Shown here: in pieces, positions 26,949 to 39,924 of the stretch
How positions within the stretch are numbered: position 1 is the first letter of the stretch
How the letters are laid out: every line of letters starts with the position of its first letter
Origin: Camelus ferus
Lineage: Eukaryota
Assembly: GCF_009834535.1 (NCBI RefSeq)
Contig: NC_045697.1
Location: forward strand, 80,168,001 to 80,232,000
Length of the DNA stretch: 64,000 nucleotides
Reading direction: 5' to 3'
Made by a program: the position numbers and the translations under genes
Notes under the pieces: model-generated
The model's database searches: none
What the model saw: the letters and a program-made list of their open reading frames with translations, nothing else
Told to the model about the DNA's origin: nothing

Positions 26949-29339
26949 CTGTTGAGAAGAAAACACATTTAAGTTTCAAACAATGAATGACTTAACTTTT
27001 CTTCTTAAAAAGCTGGCGAGTGGTGTACATAACATGCAAGATTCTTCAACAGGCTGTGAGCATATGCTGACATGCAAATGGACAAGTATGTTATGTGGCT
27101 TTAACAGAAATAAAATGCCAAATGCCGCAAACGTTTCAAAAAGGGAGTTCTCTGGTTGCCTAATCCCTGAAGCACGACACATTCAGGTGATTTGTAGAAG
27201 CAGCGGAAGTATGCAACTTATTTTAAGTGCTGTGTAAGGATGTGTCGTGCTACAGTGTCCCGTAAGATGTGCGTTCTCTAAGTTATTTATGAGAACTTGG
27301 ATATATTAGCCTAATGAGTTTGAACCTTAAACAATATTTTTTATATTCCCAATTAGTTAGTAATTAGTCCCTTCTTTGTGTAAGGCACTGTATCAAGCAC
27401 TGAATTTGGAGCCTATTTGTCTGCCTTACTCCTTTGAAGAAAAGAAAAGCATTTCATCGCATCATTTGATGAAGATGCTAAGGGTACTAAGGTGCGATAA
27501 GCTGAAAGAGCTTTTAAGAATTCCCACGTTTGTGCTTAGCACAATGGAACCATATGAATGATTTACTTTCAAGAAAAATTAGATGTTTTTCATTCACTTC
27601 GAAATTAGAAACCGCTGTTACTGATAAGAAACTTGCTCCCATAGTGAAAAGACAAAGCTATTTCTTTGTAAAACTACAAATGAAGTTGCAGATGAAGAAA
27701 TGCACTTAGGACACTGTAACTGCCGGTATTAAGGTCCGTTCCTTAAAATGGTTTGATAAATTTTTCCATTTACAATATATTAAAAATATTTTCTAGCAAA
27801 GAAGTTTACTAATATTCATAAGAAAGACACAAAAATTTTCTAGTTGGAATGATTAAAGGCTAGAGCTGAAAAAAAAATTGGAAACTTCCAATCAATAGCT
27901 ACGTGCTCTGTGATAAAACACAAATTTTGGAAAAGGATGCTAACAGCAGTGTCCTTTTAGAGATTCAATATTCACAAAAGTGATCCATTTATATAAAGAT
28001 CATGTGTACGATTTAAACCAAAGGGACAGAGTACTTAAAGATCTATCCAGAGTCTCCACACACACAAAACCAAAGCAGAGAGTCCTCATGCGTTTCTTAA
28101 TGTGACCTAGTGTTCAGATTTCAACTCAAGATGAAAGTAAACTCATGCACAGTAAAAATAAACTAATTCATGTAAGCAGGAAATATCATGCAACAACTCT
28201 TACAAGTGATAACCGCTAGAACTACCGAAGTGTCCACTCCAGCTGCTACACTTGGACTTTGACTTGCTAATGATATTGGAAATAACTGTTCACCTGTGTG
28301 GTGCTCCTGACTCCCTCAAGTCTTTTAGGGACTTAAGAATATTTTAAGTGTCATGACTATAAAATACATCTCATATTAAGGAATACAACACTTCATGTTT
28401 TTTACTTTAATGATTTTAACATTGATCAACCAAATGGTAAACCAGAAGAAATGCGTTTTTTAAGACTACCACTTAATAAGAGTAAGGAAAAGTAAGAGAA
28501 GTGACTACACTTAATATTTGAGAAAAATCTGATGAAGTATTTTTTCCTCCCCTTAGAGATGTAATAATGGATGAGGGAAGTAATTAACTGGAAACATGGA
28601 ATATGTTCAGAAACTGTCTCCTTTCATTCTATAGACAGATATACAAGTATTATTATTTAGCTAACATGCTGTGCAAACAATGTACAATGGACAGGAAACA
28701 TAACAGTCTCTTTTCGGGGTAAGCAGTTTAAGTGTCTGTTACTGAAATGTATGTAATTCAACAAAGACAAACATATTTCACAGGAAGTGAAACTCCCCCA
28801 CCATTCTTCTCAAATTCATGCCAAATAACAAAAACACCACCAACAAGAAGGAGTTAAAAGGAAAACAAAAAAAGACACTATAACAACAGAATAAATAAAA
28901 CTCAAAAGCAACATTAAATTTCAACAAATATCTGTAAAATCAAGTTGACTTTTTTTTTGAAGACAATGGAATGACAGAGCAAGAAATTGTAAAATTTCAT
29001 GCAAAATACATCTAAAGTACTATGCAGACAGGCATAGGGGGGAGAAAAAGACCAGATGGAATTGCTTAAGATACACAGTCATCTCGACATAAAGACTTAC
29101 TTAATCCAACTTTTATTGACTAATGGTACCATTCATTTCTCTTTCAAGAGGTCATTCATTTTTGTTTTGAAAGAAATATGTGTATAGTTCTAAGATAAAT
29201 TAGGTCCAAAAGAAAGTGTGGTTAAAAAAAATAAGGATTTTCTTTCCTATTTTTAGATAATGAATTGACTTTGCTTTGAATATTTTGATGAGATGTGCAA
29301 TCTTGTTAAAGCAAGATGATGTTGATTCTTTCTGAATAC

Positions 29340-29381
29340 CTTGTTTCCATCAGGGTTGTGGATTACAGTAGTTTGGGGCTC
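29340..29381 (-). CDS. CAMK2D: CAMK2D alternative exon 16 (42 nt): EPQTTVIHNPDGNK (delta-A and delta-9 isoforms)
   Basis: Peptide visible in ORF 29253..29438. Acceptor ttctcactcag|GAG, donor AAG|gtattc; phase 0-0. Confidence 0.97.
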
Positions 29382-31337
29382 CTGAGTGAGAACAAAATAG
29401 AGAAAGAAACAGTTCGCATTGGTAAGTACATTCTTCACTAGTAGGAGGGACAGAGCAGAGGGAGCCAGCTGACAAAACTAAAGAGTGACAAGAGCTTAAG
29501 CAACGTTAACTACTATCAGAGGCTGCAGCTGACAAGATCTCTGATGAAAGATCTCCTGGTGAGCCCACGAGCTCGGTCACCTCTGTACGCAGCAGCAGCA
29601 TGCAAAAGACCTTATTCGTCGTCAGCAAACAGACAAGGCTTTGCAGTCTGGAGAACTAAAGAGGCACTTGCTGTTTCACAAAGTCCTGTACCAGAGAAAG
29701 CTCTCTTTTCTTCTTTAACCAACGGCCTGTTAATGTCTGTCCCACAGAAGACTGGCCAAGGGCACTGGAGATTAGCACTCTGTGAGAGGATCTCAAATTC
29801 TTTGTGAAGATATTTTTTCGGCTGTGTTGCTTTGAGAACCGATGGTGGTATCATAATACACAGATAAATACCCCTCGAAAATCTAGTCACTGGACCACAT
29901 TTGAAAAAAGGGCTATCCTAAAGAAAGTATTTCCAAAGTCCCTAAGAAATTCTGAGAAACATTTAAAAGGTTCTAGAACTAATCATATAATCACTATAAT
30001 TTGAGGCAAATTGCTGGTAATTCCCATGTTAATTCATATATAAGAGAACTTTCTGCTTTACAGAGTAGGTATACAGAAGATTTGTTTGTAAAGTCATATT
30101 TTTTTCTGTGAGGAAAATATTATTTTTCCTATTGCTTTATATCAGAAAATTGAAGAAATACCCTCAACTGGAAAATAACCATCAGATCGCTGATATAAAA
30201 AAAGATTCACTGTCCATCAGTGGCATGCCTGGCACTTTCATTACATGATGTCCTGGCAACTGGGAGTTCCTGCAGCCCACTGAGAGTTCTCTCCAGTCTT
30301 AAGCACTCTCCCCACTCTGGGATCTCCTCTCCACCACAGGTTATGCTGCAGAATTTAGAGAGCATGTCTACTGCTTGCTTCTCTTCTTCCTTTCCCTGGC
30401 TAGACATGTGATCAACACATTTTTTTTTCCTGCTAGTACGTAATCCACTATCATGATGTGCCTTGCCTTTAAATGCAGCCTTCTGGTTAACGCTAGTGAA
30501 ACAATCCCCTAACATTTTTTATTCATTTCAACTTAATAGTACAGAGGACAGTAAAAATTAAGAATCACTTCTGAAAACCATAAATCAAAACTTGAAAGAG
30601 TTTGGGGAAAATCTTACGGGACGAAGAGCACTGAATGCCAGTATGCAAATCCTGAATTTTAATCCACAGAGTCTCAGAGGGTTAAATTGATTGAGTTGTT
30701 AATTATGTGAATTTGATTGACATGGACAAAACTGATTCCCATAGATCATTCAAAGCGCCGTGCTACGCAATTTCATTCTTTGGATCAAAGTGAAACAGTG
30801 ATAATTTAACTTAAAACACAACAAACAAAAAGCTTTAAATTATTCGGTGCCTCTTTATCTCAGAAAATGAGGTCTTACAAAGCCCTGCTGTCTTTTAATA
30901 AGAGGGAAATGAGAACTCTGAATAAGGTCTACATTTACTGTTGTCTTGCAATAACCTCCTTAGCTCTCCTCGATGTCAACATGTGCGTCATGAAAGGAAG
31001 AAACCATCATATGAATATCCAGAGTTATCATCAGAGGAAGAGCTAAGAGCAAACAAAGCGCATTCTACTGTATTCTAAGGCAACATGCAACAATTTCAAC
31101 TACAGAGACCACAGCTATCAGTACAATGTTCAACAATGAAATGAGATCATCTAAAGTTAGAAACACACTGCTTGACAAGTACCTTAACAAAAAGAAATGA
31201 ACATTTTTCATATCTTAGAAAGCAAAACCAAAACCCAAAAAAAATTTTTTTTAAAGTATCTATAGAGTGAAAGCAAATGAGAGAAACAACAAAAACAGTA
31301 AAGAACTTAAGAAGGGTTACAAAGAGTCCAGGTATAC

Positions 31338-31397
31338 CAGCGCCGGGGTAGGAATATTTTCTTTGGGGCTGGTTACCACGTTGGCTTTGTTGTTTAT
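31338..31397 (-). CDS. CAMK2D: CAMK2D alternative exon 15 (60 nt): [20 protein letters not shown] (delta-A isoform)
   Basis: Peptide visible in ORF 31317..31544. Acceptor tgcatacctacag|ATA, weak donor CTG|gtatac; phase 0-0. Confidence 0.96.
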
Positions 31398-34223
31398 CTG
31401 TAGGTATGCAGAAAATAGAAACAGAGATGCCTTAAATCCCTTGGTAGCCAATGTCTCTCTATGCAGCATGTCCACATGGAGAGATAGACATGAAAATAAA
31501 GAGCCACTGAAGGTGAACGTGAAAGACACTGCGATGACGGACAAGAACGATGATCGATTCTGTCTCCGACGGTCACATACAGGCTAGGACTGTGTCTGTG
31601 ATGGTGAAATGACAGAACGGACTCGGCTGCTTTGGCTGTGCCGCCTTAGCAAACAGACAAAGAGCTGCTTCAACGGAGCTCAAATCAAGTTTCAGAGTAT
31701 GAAATAAATAGAAACATTTTCATACTCTTCAAGTTGAATTCTGTTTCCCAGCTTCCAATTGTTCACTGTTATGAATACATTCCTTTTTTCATTTGATTCT
31801 CCAGCCTGAAGTCACACATAAACTGTCTTTCTCTGGGGAGCCATCATCACTTTGTTTAGTAGGTATCCAATTAAAAACACAGATCTTCTGATGAAATGCA
31901 GGCTTTATAATAAATTTCTTAAAATGATAAGTCTAGGTCTTTAAAAAACAGATCTTCCATTATAAACTGGCAAATTGAACTCTTTACTATATTCTGGACG
32001 CAAAATGACTTTATTTTTCACAGTTGTTTGAGAGGAAAACACTATGGATTCTGTCAAAGTGTTACTGCTGTCGTTGAAGACTATATTTGGTAACACCATT
32101 CCCTTGCTTTAATGTAAGTGGTTCTGAACTTAAAGAAGGATCATGAACACTATGGAAGCCATGCTGTGAAAACAACTCAGTGGGTCAATAAATACTGTAA
32201 TGGGCCCGCAGAGAAGACTCTTTGTTGACAAGTGGCAACTTGAAATGACAACTGAGTTTGGGTACTAAAGAATCAAAGACTGAAAAGTAATCATCAACAT
32301 TCATATAAACTCATGCATGACAACTTACACTGTGGTTATTAAACAAAGAGAAATTAACATTCATTTTCTTACACTATATTGTTTCTTTATATATTATTAT
32401 CTAAAGGAATACATCCATAATTTTAATATAGATGTACTTAAGGACTTAGAGAGAAAAACATCTTGCACAAAATAAATGAATACCAAATGAATATTTATAA
32501 GCAGTGACACCAATTTAATTGTTTGGACTTTCTGGGAATTATTTTCTTTCATATTGAAACTAGCACTGAAAGATAGAAGGGTCAAAAAATTAACTTGGGT
32601 ATGTAATATTTTGCTTTTCTATTCATTCACATTTGTGTGATTATTTGGTATCAGTATTATCGAAATAATCACTAACACTGTGCTGTGTGAATGCAAAAAA
32701 AGAGAAAACTTGGTGCCCTTTACTAGAAAACTCTTTAAATATTAAACCATCAATCTATACTTTGCAGAGAGTTTAGAATTTTTCTTTAAATAGAAGTGCT
32801 CAGAATTGAACATAAAATGTGTGTGCAACAGCCCAAAAGAGAAGAGATAATGGAGTTTAAGAAAGAGGGGTCAAAACTCAGTACTGATGTTAGGATAGAA
32901 TATATGAGAAAAGAGGAGAGATGCACACACAAGTAACTTCCTATGAAGGAAGAGGGCTTGGCAAAACACAGCTGACTTCCTGTCAAATGAGCAGGAGTAC
33001 TCAAGATTAAAGCACACATGTATTTAATATGCTACATTCAGTTTGTATCAGTGGATGCAAAGAATGAAAAAGGAGTAGACTGAGATATTTTCTGTTTTGA
33101 GATAAAACACTTGAGTTTTTTTCCTAGGATGTGATTGCCAAGAACTGCTTTATTTTAGTGAAAATGTCTCACATACAAATCTATGCAAACAAGATACACA
33201 CGCGCGCACACTTGAACACATGCACACCCACACCCACGTTCACACGTAGACACACAGCATACACACACCGTCATCACTTCCACATAAAGGCCACTCTGTC
33301 CGCGTGAGCCATCCTTTACTGTCACGCATGACTAATAGGAGTTAAATGAGTATGTGTCTCAACCACCACTTTTCCTTGTGTTTAAATGTACAATTACAAT
33401 TTTTTTGTTAAAGATTAGATTAATTATCTTTTTTTTTTTTTTACTATAGAAAATCTCTTGGATGTATCTGTAATATTAAGTACTTAAAAGTAACAGAAGA
33501 ATTCCAGCTAAAATGTGAGGAGGAACTTCCTTTTAAAGAGTCAAATATGGGCTCAACCACAGCTGTCTTTTAAATATACAAGAGCTTTGGCACTTCTGTG
33601 TGAAATGTAGTTATTTTATATTATGCAAGCAGAATATTTTTATTTAAAAATTTAAATGAAACCAGATATTTAAATGATGCACTGAATTATTCTTATGAGG
33701 CATGGATGGGCAAGATCTTCCTGTTTTTCAGGTGTTGAGTTCATTCAGTTTTGAGGTTAAGAAATATTTTATCTAAAGGTGCTTAACTAGGATGGATCCA
33801 TTGTCAGACCACTTTCACATTATTTGTAACACTCCATGGTGGATGGTTATCTATACTAGGAATCACTCCTATTTTAGTCATCATGATCCTTACTTAAAAA
33901 TAATCCTATAGTGTTTCTTCACTTTTCACAATAATTCTAGACATTACTTATGTCATGGTCTCTTCAGTTTTAGAAGAAAACTGCACTGTCTTGTAAAAGA
34001 TCCTTTAATAGCACATGGATGATTTTTAGATATTTAAAAAATTCCATTTCAAAGAAAAACAGTAATATGTGAGCATGGGCACCATGTTTTAATAGTTAAT
34101 TAACATTAACCTGTAACGGTCCTATCCTTTCTCCACTTAACACTAACTTAGGTAAGTAATACTGTTCTACTCCTAAGTGTGAATTTTCACAGGAGGAGAA
34201 ATCTGGCAGATAGAGATCCTCAC

Positions 34224-34256
34224 CATCATCTGAACACTCGAACTGGACTTCCTTTT
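34224..34256 (-). CDS. CAMK2D: CAMK2D alternative exon 14 (33 nt): KRKSSSSVQMM, completing the KKRK nuclear localisation signal of the delta-B/delta-3 isoform
   Basis: Peptide visible in ORF 34173..34466. Acceptor gtcacttcag|AAA, donor ATG|gtgagg; phase 0-0. Confidence 0.97.
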
Positions 34257-35591
34257 CTGAAGTGACCAGTCAAAGAGAAAGGAAAAGAAAAAAATATGAC
34301 CGGTTGAATTTTTAAAGTATCCAAGCATGGAGCACAGAATAATTTTGTCTTTCAGGAGAAACAATAAGGTGACTGGAAGAAAAAAGTTCTGGAAATATTT
34401 CCTTCTATATAAAGATAGTAACAAAACTATCTCAATAGAAACTGTGAGCTCTGCATTATTGAACAATACAGAAAACCACAGGAGAATAAAACATTTGGAA
34501 AATTTAAAATATCACATTTCCACCAATGTAACACTGGGGAATAAGGCAGACATCAACAGTGATTACTGAAATTTAAACTGAATAAAGTAAGCAGGAGGAA
34601 GAGAATATTACAGGTAGAGGAAACGCCATCCTCATGGGAATCACAAGTGCATGGTCACCATCGCTCTGGAAATTCCCAAATCACACACAGACAGGGGGGT
34701 GAAGAATGACTGCGCATGAACGTAACAAGTGACAAATGATTTTCTATGTCATATTTTCAAAATGAACTGACCACCTGACTTTGGGTCAAGTTCAAATGTT
34801 AGAAAATTAATTAATTCCCAAGAATGTTGAAGTGTTCATGAGGAATGTAGGTGTCTGCCATTAGAAGAGAAAGAAAAGGATTAAAGAAATAAAACATTGA
34901 GGTAATATTCTGGAAAGACAACAAACATAATGCAAATATAAGGTTCTATACAACCAAAGGTAAATTCCCATGAAATGAAACAGACTCAGTAGAAAATATG
35001 TTGTATTATTTTGTTTAGAAATCCAAGAAAGTCAAAATAGTCTGCCGTTATCTTTCTTGTAAAATTTTTCTAATATTTGTTCAGGATATTCATGTTAAGC
35101 CTGTCTCAATATCTTATAACAGACAGGAACAATTAAGACCTTTATAAAAACTGCCCAAGCAGAGAAATAGTCTTTCGAGGTATGGTATCCTAGACTCAAT
35201 GATTTGATTTTTTTCCAGGCTAGAAATCTTAGCAGCCTTCAAGAATACAGCATAACTAATTGGAAAAGCACTTGCTTTTCACAGATTTTCAGGTCACCAT
35301 GACAGTTTGAGGCTGCAGTAAAGCAGAGAGGATTTAGATGTTCAGTTTCTATAGTAACTTCATATAATTGTCATGATTATTTAATATGTAATAAAATAGA
35401 AAAATTCAGCTTTTCTTGGTATAAATATTAATCATTTTTATATATGAAATTATTTTATATTTCAACTTGCATCCTTTATCAGGAACTGTAACAATTACAA
35501 GCTGCAATGACTTAGAACTTACATTTAACGTTTAAAAATGACCCAGCATCTGAAAGGCAGAAATGAGTTTAGGAGCACCTGTTTAACTTAC

Positions 35592-35629
35592 CTTAACTCC
35601 ATCTGGTTTCTTCAACAAACTCTTGGCTG
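35592..35629 (-). CDS. CAMK2D: CAMK2D exon 13 (38 nt): (A)AKSLLKKPDGVK
   Basis: Acceptor ttttgcag|CAGCC (tandem CAGCAG), donor AAG|gtaagt. Confidence 0.97.
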
Positions 35630-38600
35630 CTGCAAAATGAAAGTAAAATCAGTTTAGTGAGTTACCCACAGAAACCCACAGCCAGGCAACAAGACAGGTT
35701 CTTGTTTCCTCTTACCGCCTTTACTGAGTTATGGCCAATTTATGCCAAATTATCAAGGTCACACTGATGAGCGCGAGCTTACAGGACACTGAAATGCAGT
35801 ATCACTTTTCTTGGTTTTGTCATATCAAATTTAGGACTGAATTCTTATTTAGTTTGTAGCATATAATTGGGCGCTTTGCCAGTTATATTATAGGACTTTA
35901 TTTCGCTGTTGGTTGCGAAAAGGATACTGGAACTTTAACTGGACTATGCTTTTGTAATCCAGAAAGTTGATTTCAGTCTTCAGACATCAGCTTACAGACT
36001 GTATTACATGTTCATTCACACCACAAGAATGGTGACCGAGTCAGTTCTGCCACTGAAGCCCCTCCTCCTAGACGTTTAAAACTCACTTGTGAAAATTTGC
36101 TCTGGCTAAATAACATGTTTTTTAATACACACATTAGAAATCAGATCATTTGACTTTTATAAAAAGTATTCATAACTATATTTAAAATGAAATGGTATAT
36201 TACTGACTTGGAGCAAATTGTTTAAATGTTGAGCATATTATCGTCAAAGAAAGGTATTATGTATTCTATTATACTTCAAAATCTGAAAACAAAGGCTTCA
36301 TAAAAGCCTTTAACATTGAAAAATGAAAAATCATAAAATTTGAGGCAAGATAAAAAACAAAATGAAATCTTCAACTAACTCAGAGAACTCCTAAAGTACA
36401 TGGTCTTACATGAAACTATTTTTTTTGGAGGGGAGCTTTTAGCATTCCTTCTTCTACTGAACTTCTTGAGTATATTAAAAAGTTATGTTGTCCTTTCAAA
36501 AAAATATACTTATGAATGGGTACATACACAGTGAACAGATTATATGACTGTCCATGACAATTACTAGATCAAATGTAGAACATTCACAAATATGCAGGAC
36601 AAGGTACACACTTAGTTTTCCATTTAATGTTAATTATATAATATATATGGTTACTTAAGTATATCAGAATAGAATTTGGTTTCTGAAATGGAAATATCTA
36701 GCTATAATAGAACTGCATGAACATGTAATTTCCTGACATCCATTTGATTTGGGCCATTATTTTGATATCACTTTGGTATAATTTTAAATTTATTTAAGAG
36801 ATACAAAATGTTAATTTTATTTAGCCTTTAGCAACAAAGCTATTAATTTATTATTAATGAGACTGCAAGAAATAGTAGCCTTAGCTCTAATACCGTGTGC
36901 CTGGAGCTAAAAAGCAACATTAAGGAAATCTTGTGGCAGTTAATAGGTTAGAAAGCAAACTCAGAATAATTGGAATTGCAGTAGCAAGCAAAGATAAGAC
37001 AATGATTCGGGGTAAGCAGGGATTTGGCCTGGGAGATGCAGAAATGTCCCTTTTGGTTACTATTCACCTTACCTCACAAGAAATACATTCCACATAAAGG
37101 GAGAAAAGAAAAAATAAAAACAACTTTATAACCATATAGTCATGGACAAATTACTTAATTTAAAGAGCATGTTTGGCAATGAAACAGAATGAATACTCAA
37201 AACTAAAATGCAATATCAAGTACAAGATGTAACTGGGTCTCATGTTACTCAGTTGGTTTTGAAGTGATGGATTAAAAAAAAAGTTTGCTTTTCATGCTAA
37301 GACATTCAGAAACGATATAAAATCCACATATTAGTCATGAGTTTTTAGTTTACATGATGACGAAAAGGAAAATGTGAGGTAAACAAAAAGCCTCTATACA
37401 TGGGTGCATATATTAATAAAGGCCCAATTTATACCTAAAAGTGTAATTAAGACTTTAACAAAATATACAATCTTCAAATTCAGATTTTGTAAGTTAGTTT
37501 GTCACTAACAATATCTACTATATAAATAAATCATCCTACCTTTTAGTGATTCACTAATTATTGGGCCACAGTGAAATATTAATTTATCTGCATATAGCAT
37601 ATATTAGTTATTATTTAATGAGATGATATTGAACTCACCCATATAACGTCAACTATATTAATCAACTGTTCATAAAACAGATAACTTGACAAAGGCAGTA
37701 ACAAGGTTTTATTACATGAAACAAATTGGACAAAACACATACAACTGACACAGTCCCTCAACTTGCAGCATTATTCATTGTATTATCACTGTTGATGCTT
37801 GACAGAACACTGGAAGCCTTCGGAAAGACTCCTATGATTTCACAGTTCCGTACAATGAGGGATAGAAGGTGGCCATTTAATAAAATGGTAAATAATAACT
37901 AGAAATTGGTTTAGAAATTTAGAGAACATTTGATAATTATACAGATCATCCGACCTCACTACAATACTCAGGCTAAGTATGGAGCAGAAATAAAGAAGTG
38001 AAGAAATACCTGGGGACTTTGATGCTGCAGATCACTTATAGAAACAGTAAGCAACGTAAAATGGCAGTATTTTTGGCACAATCATCTGACAAATGTTGAA
38101 AGTCTCAACAGTCAAACAGCAGCTATCTTGCTGCTTCAGTCCCTCCCCAGACACAAGGATGATTCACTTTTAACAAAATTTTATCTTTGGAAACCTGATC
38201 CTTTGAGGTAATCTATCAAAGAAGGGGGCTCCAAAATTCAATTTCTGGAAATAGTATATACTTTATGTCAACTGTGGAGAGTCACTCCTATAATAAAGAA
38301 ATAGCTTAGCTTCTTTTAGCCCATTATTTAACGAGAAATCATTACAAGGAACATTTATGACTGTGGGGTAGGTTCTCTGAAAATTCCTGAGTCTAGATAC
38401 CTTTGAAAGTTGTAATCATTCTCATAGCTTGCCAAGATACTGCAGTCCTGTACTTTCAAAAGAACTCAGGCCTAAGACAAATAGGTTCCTTAATAATGGC
38501 CTTCTTTTAAAAATCTTGCTTATTGGGATTCTCTAAGAAAATGAGATAGAAAAAAAAGAAACTATTCATAGTGATTAATTTATGAGATATCAGTAAATTC

Positions 38601-38916
38601 TACATTCAAAGTGCTGAACTTCCAGTTGGGGGAATACACAGTTCCAAACTGTGTGCACTCAGCAGGGATGACAAATGGGTTCCAAGCCTAGGGCTTCCTG
38701 AGAGCTCTCTGGCAGGGTGCAGTCATGTACTTCTGTGACACAGCACCCGGGGAAACTCCTAACGGCAGCCACAGACGTGGTAAAAGTCCACGTCATGCCT
38801 TTACCATCCCTGAACAACAGTTTTTTCCCAATTATTAGATTTTTTAAAATTAAATTCCCAAAAGGCTACTAGAGAGGAGAGCAGAGGAAAAGCAGCAGAG
38901 TTCTCAACACATGTAC

Positions 38917-38959
38917 CTGAGAAATTCCTTGTAGCCAGCATAGTTGTCAAGATGGCACC
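38917..38959 (-). CDS. CAMK2D: CAMK2D exon 12 (43 nt): GAILTTMLATRNFS, calmodulin-binding segment with the inhibitory TT pair
   Basis: Acceptor cctgtcctgacag|GGT, donor TCAG|gtacat. Confidence 0.97.
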
Positions 38960-39402
38960 CTGTCAGGACAGGAAGGATACATGATTAATGCTGCCTCTGC
39001 AAATCTCTGACCTAGCAAATAAATAGTCCTTGATAACAAATCTTCACCTGGCCTTACTTTCAGTTGGGGGTTTTTGTCTGGTTGTGGGTTTTGGTTGCCT
39101 GAGAGGAGCAGGCCTCTGTCTCTCATGATGCAGGGACCACCCTTGTGTGTGTGGTCAGATTCCCATTAGCAGTTTGCACAGCTGCCCCTCACTAAGGGAG
39201 GGACCACCGCACACATAACCAGTGATCCTAGCTCTTCATCGTAGCTTTAACTCCAGTGTATACTCCATTTCCCCAAGACCCAGAGGAGGAGAACTTAGGC
39301 CTACACGTTGAAAAGCCTTTGCTAATACTTATGTTCCTCCTACAGAATCTCACTCCTCACTCTGCCAAATCCACCTCCTCACAAAAATGTGAGATGTCTT
39401 AC

Positions 39403-39486
39403 CTTTAGTTTTCTTCTAGCGTTAAACTTCTTCAAGCAGTCTACAGTCTCCTGTCTGTGCATCATGGAAGCAACAGTAGAACGTTG
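39403..39486 (-). CDS. CAMK2D: CAMK2D exon 11 (84 nt): [28 protein letters not shown], regulatory segment with Thr287 (RQET) and the Met281/282 pair
   Basis: Translated by eye. Acceptor ctcttccag|CAA, donor AAG|gtaaga. Confidence 0.98.
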
Positions 39487-39657
39487 CTGGAAGAGGAGAA
39501 AAATAAACTTAACTGAGGATATGTAAAAGATATTGAGCATAACAGTATCTTCAACTTCATCAAGTTTTTATTAATGGTGCCTGTACCCATATGATGAACT
39601 CATAAGTATTCAATTGCAAGAGTTTCCTAATAATGAAAGATTGATTTTGTAAGACTA

Positions 39658-39924
<267 letters not shown>

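Noticed and set aside
29300..29317. ATCTTG...CAAGAT hairpin just downstream of exon 16, containing a UCUU (RBM20-type core)
   Set aside because: A 6-bp stem is too weak and UCUU too common to support a claim.
31267..31587. 106-aa antisense ORF with a hydrophobic stretch overlapping exon 15
   Set aside because: It starts at GTG, has no promoter or splice evidence, and is best explained as the antisense shadow of a constrained region.
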